Part shown: one piece after another, positions 15,471-24,017 of the stretch
Position numbering within the stretch: position 1 is the stretch's first letter
Layout: every line of letters starts with the position of its first letter
Assembly (NCBI GenBank): GCA_044892525.1
Contig: CM097885.1
Coordinates: 47,431,727 to 47,495,726 of the forward strand
Reading direction: 5' to 3'
DNA length: 64,000 bases
Source: Schmidtea polychroa
Lineage: Eukaryota
Notes under the pieces: model-generated
Database searches by the model: none
What the model was told of the DNA's origin: nothing
What the model saw: only the letters and a program-made list of their open reading frames with translations
Translations under genes and position numbers: made by a program

Positions 15471-16230
15471 ATTTATTTTTCAAAATATTATTTTCAAGGT
15501 CAAGGTCAAGGTCATTTATTTTTTCAAGGTCATTTATTTTTTCAAGGTCATTTATTTTTTCAAGGTCATTTATTTTTTCAAGGTCATATTTTAAAATTTA
15601 AATGTACAGAGTTCCCGACAACGATAATTATTCAACGATAGCTCATTTTAAAGCCCAATGCAAGACCTTTCGATTGATTCATAGAAGGTATCATCATCAT
15701 TATTATTGACAAAGTTATTAACAATTGATGACCACCATCTTTTCAACGTTAAATTATTATTATTTTCCAAAATATTATTAATTGGCCGGGAGGGCCCCTA
15801 CTCTTTTTCATCCCAAAAATTAATGTTCCCATTATCCGAATTTATTGGACGATACCTCATCTTAAAGCTCAGTCCAAGACCTTTCGAATGAGCCATAGAA
15901 GGTATCATCATCATTAATATTAACAAAGAGAATGACTCACCCAATGACTCACCCAACGATGTCTAATATTTTTAGAACGATGACTCATCAAGGTCATTCC
16001 CAAGGTCATATGACTCATCAAGGTCAAGGTCATTTTTTTTTTAATTTAATTTTTTGTTTTAATTAAGTAATCTTTTTATTTTCAAGGTCATTTAATTTTC
16101 AAGGTCATTTAATTTTCAAGGTCATTTAATTTTCAAGGTCATTTAATTTTCAAGGTCATTTAATTTTTCAAGGTCATTTAATTTTCAAGGTCATTTACTT
16201 TTCAAGGTCATTTAATTTTTCAAGATCATT
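15460..16230 (+). promoter_or_regulatory. Arrays of TCAAGGTCA (17-18 bp period) and TGACTCA motifs; putative enhancer
   Basis: About 20 TCAAGGTCA copies, including AGGTCAAGGTCA direct repeats, and four TGACTCA at ~15933-16017. The motifs are seen directly; the regulatory role is inferred. Confidence 0.55.
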
Positions 16231-16271
16231 TATTAAAATAATTATTATTTTCTAAGTTTTTAGTTTCTAAG

Positions 16272-16319
<48 letters not shown>

Positions 16320-16517
16320 CATATATACACCGAGTCTATCCGACAAGATATTCTGCCCCCCTATGGGTACTGCTCACAAATGTACTACTCACATTCAACA
16401 AGTCACAAATGTACTACTCACACTCAACAAGTCACATGGGTACTGTTCACAAAGCTACTGGTAAAAATATTCAAGACAAAACTTTCTAAATTCTAAATAT
16501 TATTCTTTAAATATACA

Positions 16518-16876
16518 CTAAAATTTATTAACACATTCACATTCATCATCTCCACAGTTCATAACATTTTCAACAACATGATCTATACAATCCCTATATA
16601 CACACGGTTCAGTATCCGTAAATTCCTCCATAGGTTCATCAATTTCTTGAATGCTTTCCTCATCATCTTGAGTGTTTTCTTCATCTGTTTCATCAAATTC
16701 CGAATCTTCACTCTCTGCTACCCAGTCTATATTTAATGCGTTTGTAACAGATAATATATCCGCCATTTTCACACCAGATATTTCTGCTAATTTTTCCAAT
16801 AAAAAGTTTATTATAAATTCTAAATATTAAATAATTCGATAATTAACTAATCATATTAACCTTTTTCTGTAGTCAT
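16518..16876 (-). CDS. Small acidic Polinton protein, predicted 2 exons (16861-16876, 16518-16819)
   Basis: ATG at 16876 plus a 41-nt GT-AG intron (16820-16860) gives MTTEKEFIINFLLEKLAEISG... in frame. D/E-rich middle, Cys-rich C-terminus. Confidence 0.7.
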
Positions 16877-16972
16877 TATTAGTATTTTAAAACTATAGTA
16901 TATATTTGTTTATAGAAAATATAGAATATAAGCGAAAACAAATATGACTAAATACATTTATTAAATACAACA

Positions 16973-17392
16973 TTAAAATAACTGTGAAAGTCTAGCAGAC
17001 ATAATTTTCCAAATTGGAGAATACACATCATTATTATCAACTTTATATCCTTGGATTGTAATTGATATATACCAATTTTCGTTTTCTTTGAAACTGATTT
17101 CATCAAAGGAATCATAAAATTTTGCATATCGGTTGTTGAAAAATGCATTTTGATTGCATGATAGATTCGTATTCAACCTTTTGAAAACATCATCTATGGT
17201 TTTAATATCTAACATTGAAAGCGTGCCGGTTAAGAATTGAAATTGGGTAGGAATTAGCTTGATCGGTGACACCAATTTCATATTGATTTCTTCTTTTAAA
17301 AAATACATTTTGTAGTTGTGGAACATTTGAACAGGTTGTACAAGTTCTGGAACTACTTTTGGTTTTTCAGTGCTTGAAATTTTCTTGGTCAT
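16973..17392 (-). CDS. Polinton hypothetical protein, 139 aa
   Basis: Clean ATG ORF within the compact viral gene block. Minus-strand TATAAAA (~17426-17432) and ATTGG (~17456) lie upstream. Confidence 0.7.
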   Translation of the reverse strand: MTKKISSTEKPKVVPELVQPVQMFHNYKMYFLKEEINMKLVSPIKLIPTQFQFLTGTLSMLDIKTIDDVFKRLNTNLSCNQNAFFNNRYAKFYDSFDEISFKENENWYISITIQGYKVDNNDVYSPIWKIMSARLSQLF

Positions 17393-17500
17393 TGTGAATT
17401 ATGATTAAAATGAAATGGTACAGGGTTTTTATACCTATGACTATTGTTTATCATCCAATCAGATTGCAGTATGTTTTTGTTTTAATTGAATGATAAATAA

Positions 17501-17965
17501 TTAATTAAGTGATAATAAAAAATCTAAAAATTCTTTTCCTTCAATTATTGATTTAATTTCAGATATGATATTATCAACTATACATTTGTAATCAATATTT
17601 TTTATTCCAAGAATTACTATCTTACCGCTAGCGAATATATTTACACACATAGGGTTATATTTTATATATCTCAAAGCTGGAAATAATTCTGGTTCATAAA
17701 AGCATGGTATTAATTTAGCTAATTTATTTAAATTACAAGAAAAACCTATATCGGAAGTTACGGTTATCGATTGTATTTCTAAATCATAAACATTATATTC
17801 ACTAGCTTTGATTATTTCCTTACACCCCATAATTCTACATTTACCAGTTTTGAAATATATTATTGGATATTTATTACTTCTATTGATAAGTTGTTGTGGT
17901 TTCCCTATTGGAAATACCATTTTTGATACATCAGTTTTTGCCCTGTAATTTATATTTGAAAGCAT
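17501..17965 (-). CDS. TATA-binding-protein (TBP)-like protein, 154 aa
   Basis: IIYFKTGKCRIMGCK (repeat 1), and IQSITVTSDIGFSCNL, YEPELFPAL.Y, NIFASGKIVILGIKN (repeat 2), match TBP motifs IFSSGKMVCTGAK / YEPELFPGLIY / IFVSGKVVLTGAK. Confidence 0.88.
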   Translation of the reverse strand: MLSNINYRAKTDVSKMVFPIGKPQQLINRSNKYPIIYFKTGKCRIMGCKEIIKASEYNVYDLEIQSITVTSDIGFSCNLNKLAKLIPCFYEPELFPALRYIKYNPMCVNIFASGKIVILGIKNIDYKCIVDNIISEIKSIIEGKEFLDFLLSLN

Positions 17966-18069
17966 TTTAATGAAATAATTTTAAAAACTTTGATATATAT
18001 AGGTATTTAAAAACAGAGTTCATTTAAATTATCAATATAAACAATAATTATATAGTTTAAATTTAAAAA

Positions 18070-18708
18070 ATGGAATTACGAAATGATGCAGTATACCAAA
18101 TCGTTGGTCCAAGTGGTAGCGGGAAAACTTTATTTGTTTGTAAATTACTAAAATCAAATTTGTTTAAAACAAAATTCAACAATATTTATTGGCATAGGGG
18201 CGCCGACGAAGAACACGGATTGACGCAATCAAGTTTCTGTCAGTTGAAAAACATGAAAATAGTAAAGGGCTTTGATAAAAACTGGTCAAGTCGTTTGAAG
18301 AAAGATGATGTCATCATTATCGATGATTTGTATCAAGAAGCCAATAAAGAAAAGGACTTTAATAATTTATTCACAAAAATCAGCAGACATGTTGGTGTAA
18401 CAGTTATTTTCATAACACAAAATCTATTTCATCAAGGTGGTGCACATCGAACACGTAATTTAAATGTACAATATTTAGTTATTTTCAAGAATCCTAGAGA
18501 TGCAACTGTCATTGATTTTCTTGGACGACAAGCATACCCTAATAACCGTAATTTTCTTATCAATGCATTTCAAGATGCTACGAAAATACCGCATGGGTAT
18601 ATATTTCTCGATTTCACACAACAATGCCCTGATGATATACGGGTAAAAACAGATATTTTCAACCCAAAAGGTGCCATGGTATATAAACAAAGTTCAAAAC
18701 AAAGTTGA
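18070..18708 (+). CDS. A32/FtsK-like DNA packaging ATPase
   Basis: Walker A GPSGSGKT, Walker B IIIDDL, and SRH and ITQN motifs typical of Polinton ATPases. Confidence 0.95.
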   Translation: MELRNDAVYQIVGPSGSGKTLFVCKLLKSNLFKTKFNNIYWHRGADEEHGLTQSSFCQLKNMKIVKGFDKNWSSRLKKDDVIIIDDLYQEANKEKDFNNLFTKISRHVGVTVIFITQNLFHQGGAHRTRNLNVQYLVIFKNPRDATVIDFLGRQAYPNNRNFLINAFQDATKIPHGYIFLDFTQQCPDDIRVKTDIFNPKGAMVYKQSSKQS

Positions 18709-18721
18709 AAACATATAAATC

Positions 18722-19210
18722 ATGTTTTCAAAAACAAGGATATCGGCTAAAAAACAACCAAAAGTTCCACCAACAACTAGTTATACTCCATCTAAAGAAC
18801 TTATTACAGAAAATGTTCCTGCAATGAATCTTATTTCGAAAAATCCTAAACCAAAAAGTAAAACCACTAAGAAAGTAAAAGTTGTTAAAAATCATCGGAG
18901 TTTCCCGTTTTTCAATACATTGTTAAAGGCACCAAGTATGAAAAGAAACAGTATTTTGCAATCTTTTCCAAATTATGTTGTCGATGATTTACTCGATATT
19001 ATACTTAAAGTAGTCAAAGGCAAGATTAAAATCAGTAAATCTAAAAAGCAATTATTGAGTAAACATAGGAAACCTTTGCTATCATTAGTAAATAATAAAA
19101 ATCGTCAACAAATGAGAAAAATTATATATAAACAACAAGGGGGATTTATCGGTGCATTGATACCTTTAGCAATATCATTATTAGGTGGAATAATAGGAAG
19201 TCGATCATAA
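18722..19210 (+). CDS. Basic core protein with a pX-like C-terminus
   Basis: Lys-rich ORF ending QQGG|FIGALIPLAISLLGGIIG, an adenain-type site followed by a hydrophobic helix as in adenovirus pX. Confidence 0.75.
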   Translation: MFSKTRISAKKQPKVPPTTSYTPSKELITENVPAMNLISKNPKPKSKTTKKVKVVKNHRSFPFFNTLLKAPSMKRNSILQSFPNYVVDDLLDIILKVVKGKIKISKSKKQLLSKHRKPLLSLVNNKNRQQMRKIIYKQQGGFIGALIPLAISLLGGIIGSRS

Positions 19211-19213
19211 ACA

Positions 19214-19441
19214 ATGGGTGCTAATCCTTCATTACCAGACATTAAATTTAATATTAAATCTTCTTGTTGTAATGGAGAAGATTTGGACGAACCCGGAAGA
19301 CGAAGCCGGTTTTGGTGGAGTGGCAAAATTAAGGAAAAGAGTTCCGAATTCGAAAAAGGAAACTCAGAAGTGGTTATCAGACCAGCTTGCGTACAGTTTG
19401 AACAAACCAATGCGGAAACGATTCCCAACAAGAGCATATAA
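19214..19441 (+). CDS. Overprinted 75-aa ORF, putative N-myristoylated protein
   Basis: ATG starts 4 nt after the preceding stop. MGANPS fits MGxxxS and is followed by SSCC. Overlaps the integrase 5' end in another frame. Confidence 0.55.
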   Translation: MGANPSLPDIKFNIKSSCCNGEDLDEPGRRSRFWWSGKIKEKSSEFEKGNSEVVIRPACVQFEQTNAETIPNKSI

Positions 19442-20327
19442 AACATATGGAATAAATGATTTATGGCAAATGGATTTGATGGAGATGATACCCTATTCGA
19501 AAATTAACAATGGGTATAAATATATTTTAACATGTATTGATGTATTCAATCGGTTTGCCCGAGCAATACCCGTCAAGGCAAAATCTGCAGATGAAATGTC
19601 CAAAGCTGTTAATCATTTATTTAAAGACGGATATCCTAAAAACTTGCAAACTGATTTAGGTATTAATATTATTATTTTTATTATTATTATTATTATTTTA
19701 GGTAAAGAATTCTACAACAGTAAAGTCAAGCAAATCCTCATTAAATTGAAAATAAACCATTACTCAGTACATTCTCAATACAAAGCTGCTCATGTTGAAA
19801 GATTTAACAGAACATTGAGAGATAGATTAAAGAAATTATTCGTGCATCAAGGTAATAAAAAATGGGTATTGGTTTTACCAAAAATAATAACCAGTTATAA
19901 TCACTCATCACATCAAGGACTGAATGGATTAAGGCCGATTGATATCACGTCAAAAACAATCTATTCTAAAAAACCTGAAAAAATTACAAAACCGAAATAT
20001 AAAGTAGGTGACCATGTTAGAATTAGTAAAATTAGTGCATCACCATTTATTAAAAATTTCGATACAAATTGGAGTGATGAAGTCTTTGTAATTTCAAAAA
20101 TAAATACTAAACAGAATCCTGTAATGTATGTCATCAAAGATAATGATAACAATATTGTACAAGGAAAATTTTATGAGCAGGAATTACAAGTTATTCCTCC
20201 CCCAAAAGTATTTAGAATTCAGAAGATTTTGAAAACTAAAAATAAAGGCAAGGATAAGCAATACTATGTCAAATGGCATGGTTATCAAAACCCATCATGG
20301 ATATCAGAAAAGGATCTAGTAAAGTGA
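19272..20327 (+). CDS. Retroviral-like (RVE/DDE) integrase with C-terminal chromodomain; predicted 42-nt intron at 19660-19701
   Basis: First in-frame ATG gives MEKIWTNPEDEAGFGG. Motifs WQMDL, LTCIDVF, QTDLG|KEF, VERFNRTL, YNHSSH. Chromodomain IQKIL...YYVKWHGY..PSWI. Confidence 0.95.
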   Translation: MEKIWTNPEDEAGFGGVAKLRKRVPNSKKETQKWLSDQLAYSLNKPMRKRFPTRAYKTYGINDLWQMDLMEMIPYSKINNGYKYILTCIDVFNRFARAIPVKAKSADEMSKAVNHLFKDGYPKNLQTDLGINIIIFIIIIIILGKEFYNSKVKQILIKLKINHYSVHSQYKAAHVERFNRTLRDRLKKLFVHQGNKKWVLVLPKIITSYNHSSHQGLNGLRPIDITSKTIYSKKPEKITKPKYKVGDHVRISKISASPFIKNFDTNWSDEVFVISKINTKQNPVMYVIKDNDNNIVQGKFYEQELQVIPPPKVFRIQKILKTKNKGKDKQYYVKWHGYQNPSWISEKDLVK

Positions 20328-21340
20328 ATTTTTATACTATTTTACCAAGCAATAGTTGCCCGCTTATTCATCCAGATAATCAAGCCAGTAAATTCATGGT
20401 CAATCTCCAGAATCCGATTTCTTTAAATGGGGACTGGGAAGTTGCACTGCAAGATTTTACATTCGTGTACAATACATTCCCATTTTATAGTCAATGTAAG
20501 ATTGATTTCAAAAGGAATGCTATGAAAACATGTAGTGGTATCTTTATTATCAGTAATTATGATAAAACATATCATATTCCGAATCAAATATTAGATCAGC
20601 ACTGCTCTATGTTTTACAAGGATGGATTAAATATCAGTTGTGATTTTAAACCATTTACAATAACATTCGAATATATTGAAGATGCCAGACGAATGGGTTG
20701 CAATAAGTTGAAAAATGAAGTTATGGAAACAGAATATTTATTACGCTTTGATCTATTTGAAGCAAACAGTGTAATGAGAGAAGAAATCAAAATATCAGTG
20801 TCGTATAATAATGAAGTTGAAGAATCATTCACCTTCGCTGACGAATTATATATTGATAAACTTGATGTGTTACTTAAATATTTAAAGTATAATTGTTCAC
20901 ACATATTTAAAAGTTTGGACATTGTGAAAGATTTGTTATTTACCTTCAGTTTGAATGATGACATTTGCGAAGTTACATTTGATAAAAATTTGACAAATAC
21001 ACTTGGATTAGAGAAGCAGCAATATCGGGAAAAATCGGCTGGTATACGTAAACCAAGAATACTTGAACATCATCAACAAATGTTCATATATACTAATATT
21101 ATTGAGCCTATAATAGTTGGTGATTCCAGTGTTCCTCTATTGAAATCGGTGTGGATTGGAAAATATGAACATGATGAAGTTGTCAATATAAATATAGATA
21201 ATCCCATGTATTTACCAATTTCAAGCTCATGTATAAACAATATAGAAATAAATATTCGTGACGATAGTGGAAAACTTATAAACTTCCCAAAAGACTCAAA
21301 AACTCATTTGACACTACATTTTCGTAAAGTAGATGGCTAA
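20273..21340 (+). CDS. Minor capsid protein (penton)
   Basis: FYTILPSNS....PDN..S.F.V.L...I.L.GDWEVAL N-terminus and IYTNIIEP..VGD...PLLK C-terminal motif, both typical of Polinton penton proteins. Confidence 0.85.
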   Translation: MAWLSKPIMDIRKGSSKVNFYTILPSNSCPLIHPDNQASKFMVNLQNPISLNGDWEVALQDFTFVYNTFPFYSQCKIDFKRNAMKTCSGIFIISNYDKTYHIPNQILDQHCSMFYKDGLNISCDFKPFTITFEYIEDARRMGCNKLKNEVMETEYLLRFDLFEANSVMREEIKISVSYNNEVEESFTFADELYIDKLDVLLKYLKYNCSHIFKSLDIVKDLLFTFSLNDDICEVTFDKNLTNTLGLEKQQYREKSAGIRKPRILEHHQQMFIYTNIIEPIIVGDSSVPLLKSVWIGKYEHDEVVNINIDNPMYLPISSSCINNIEINIRDDSGKLINFPKDSKTHLTLHFRKVDG

Positions 21341-21695
21341 TTCCGATATTATTAGTATGTATAGTGATAGCCAATCTGGTGGTGAATTACCATATTTTAT
21401 TGGTAAACAGTATGGATCAGGTTGGTTAAAAACAATAGGGAGATTTGCACTTCCCATTCTTAAACGTATTGGTAGTTTTGGCATGAAAACTGCAAAAGAT
21501 GTGATTATGAATGAACAGAAAATATTACCATCCCTAAAAACAAATGCTTTAGCTGAGTTAGGGAAGGTTCTACCTGGAGTTGCTGGTATGTTTCAAAAAG
21601 ATACACCTCCAGTCCCAGCTCCAAAACGTAAAGGGCATGGAATATCGCGTATAAACAAACGAATGAAAGGACATGGAACTATATTTGCAAAATGA
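21333..21695 (+). CDS. pVI-like/membrane-active virion protein
   Basis: QSGG and QYGSG motifs followed by the amphipathic WLKTIGRFALPILKRIG. Located between penton and MCP. Confidence 0.7.
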   Translation: MANSDIISMYSDSQSGGELPYFIGKQYGSGWLKTIGRFALPILKRIGSFGMKTAKDVIMNEQKILPSLKTNALAELGKVLPGVAGMFQKDTPPVPAPKRKGHGISRINKRMKGHGTIFAK

Positions 21696-22915
21696 TTTGT
21701 GGTAAATCCGAATTATGTATATTTGATAGACCGTCGCCCCAGGCAGTAATAGAATTTGGTGCCTTTGAGGAAGTTTTTCCTATGAATTCAATTACTGATA
21801 GTAGAAATGATATCGAGTTTTATATTAATGGTTCGCAAACTGAATATTTAGATTTGAACGATACTTTATTGACTGTTCAGATCAAGGTTGTAGATAAAGA
21901 TAGAAAGGTTTTGGATGCCAATGCTGATGTATTACCAAACAATTTCATGTTTCATACTCTGTTTAAAGATGCAGTGTTGGGATTTAATAATATCAAGATT
22001 GAGGGTGGAAATAATACATTCATTCACAAGGCTTTGATAGAAACTATTTTAAATTACAATTCAGATACTAAAAATACCTGTCTTACACCTATGGGTTATG
22101 CAGCAGCAGATGATGAAAGAAAAAAGTGGGTTAAAGGCTCAAAATCATTCACTATGTGCTCATCATTACAACTTGATTTTATGGATCAACCGAAATATTT
22201 ACTACCGGGAGTTAATATACATATTAGACTGAAAAGATCTGATTCTGCATTGTCTCTTACTAGTGCAACTGGTGCACCAATATGTCAATTAGTTGATGCA
22301 AAATTATTGGTGAGAAGAGTTCGAGTAGACCCGTCAGTATTAGCTGGTCATCAATTGGGGCTTAATTCAAAACATGCAATTTATCCTTTAAAAACAAAGG
22401 AAATTGTACAATTTGCTATTGCTAAAGGTGCTTCATCATTCTATAAAGAACAAATATTTGGTGACAGAAGAATGCCTAATTTTATTCTGGTAACATTTCA
22501 AAGTGAAACGCAATATAATGGATCGTATACTGCTTCCAGCTCAATTTTCAAAAATTTTGGTGTTACTTCATTGACTTTATCGAAAAATACTGATTATAGA
22601 GAAACATATACTCAAGATTTCGAGAATGATAATTACTGTGCGACATATATGCAGAGTATTGTTAGAAATCTGGGTTATTTAGATAAAAACTTGAATTGCG
22701 GAATAACTCTTGAAGAATTTAAAAGCAAATACCCATTTTTCACATTTGTTCTAGCTCCCGATTTTGATTTAAATCAGAGTCAATTACCACAAAACGGGAA
22801 TTTACGACTGGATATAAAGTTTGCAAAGGCCATTACTGAACCAGTACATGTTATAATATATGGAGTATTTGAAAATGAAGTTCAAATTACTGCAAATAGA
22901 ACCGTGCTAGTATAA
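21692..22915 (+). CDS. Major capsid protein (double jelly roll)
   Basis: 407 aa. KSELCIF..P..Q..IE, EYLDLNDT.L, QPKYLLPGV.I.IRL.R and GNLRLDIKF motifs are typical of Polinton MCPs. ATGA overlap with the upstream gene. Confidence 0.9.
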   Translation: MICGKSELCIFDRPSPQAVIEFGAFEEVFPMNSITDSRNDIEFYINGSQTEYLDLNDTLLTVQIKVVDKDRKVLDANADVLPNNFMFHTLFKDAVLGFNNIKIEGGNNTFIHKALIETILNYNSDTKNTCLTPMGYAAADDERKKWVKGSKSFTMCSSLQLDFMDQPKYLLPGVNIHIRLKRSDSALSLTSATGAPICQLVDAKLLVRRVRVDPSVLAGHQLGLNSKHAIYPLKTKEIVQFAIAKGASSFYKEQIFGDRRMPNFILVTFQSETQYNGSYTASSSIFKNFGVTSLTLSKNTDYRETYTQDFENDNYCATYMQSIVRNLGYLDKNLNCGITLEEFKSKYPFFTFVLAPDFDLNQSQLPQNGNLRLDIKFAKAITEPVHVIIYGVFENEVQITANRTVLV

Positions 22916-23327
22916 ATGTATACAGAAACACCAAAAAGTTGTCATGGAGTAAGTTTTTCAATACTGTTTAATTTATTAAAGTAGTTCTGTTCAGGTCAAT
23001 AGAATTGGAAAACAGATATTGGGAAATGAATTTGTAGGAGTTTTTCCTCTCGATAAAATCCCATATTTGAGCAATAATCAAGCCATAATCGTCAATACTC
23101 AATCGTCTCATCTTGGTGGAGAACATTGGATTGCTATATATGTGAAACCTAGTAATATATTCGTGTTCGATCCTATGGGTCTCTATTACCCTGCTTTGTT
23201 GGTATCAAAACTACAAACAATGGGGAAACCTATTGTATATAATAAAACAATGTTTCAAAATCCCTTGACACAAACATGCGGTCAACATTGTTTAGCTTGG
23301 TTGTTGTATAAAAAATTTGATGTTTAA
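22916..23327 (+). CDS. Adenain-like cysteine maturation protease, spliced 5' end
   Basis: FVGVFPLD, IVNT, GEHW, FDPMG and Q....QTCGQHC catalytic motifs. The exon has an in-frame stop (22977) and no ATG before the FVGVF motif. A GTAAGT donor at 22949 joins an upstream ATG (22916 or 22944) in frame. Confidence 0.88.
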
Positions 23328-23342
23328 TAAATGTATCCTTTC

Positions 23343-23780
<438 letters not shown>

Positions 23781-23869
23781 TTAATATTAATATCCAAATA
23801 AAGACTACACAATCATTGTGCATGCACAAAGTCATGACTAACAAAGATGTGTAATCCCATTTGATACCA

Positions 23870-23960
23870 TTTGATTGGCTGATAGAGGAAAAAGTATTCA
23901 GGAATGTGTCTTAATTCTGATTGGTTGAGACATGGAAATATTCATGTTCTATATAAACAT
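23870..23960 (+). promoter_or_regulatory. Putative PolB promoter: two inverted CCAAT boxes plus a TATA box
   Basis: GATTGG at ~23873 and ~23919, TATATAAA at 23950-23957, ATG at 24018. Confidence 0.6.
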
Positions 23961-24017
23961 TGACAAATTCCAAATTCATCACAATTTATCAAAATTTTCA
24001 ATTTCTGATTTTTCAAA

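Larger units (their letters stand above)
14534..16519 (+). repeat. Left terminal inverted repeat (~2 kb)
   Basis: Reverse complement of ~30187-32187. Confidence 0.95.

Noticed and set aside
14727..15891. Repeated 61-105 aa ORFs in the TIRs (also 30813-31995 and 62203-63670)
   Set aside because: By-products of the 214-bp repeat, whose period is not a multiple of 3. No recognisable domain, and copy number varies between elements.
19218..19271. N-terminal extension of the integrase from a GTG start
   Set aside because: Integrase-like sequence begins at ATG 19272. The upstream bases are better explained by the overlapping MGANPS ORF.
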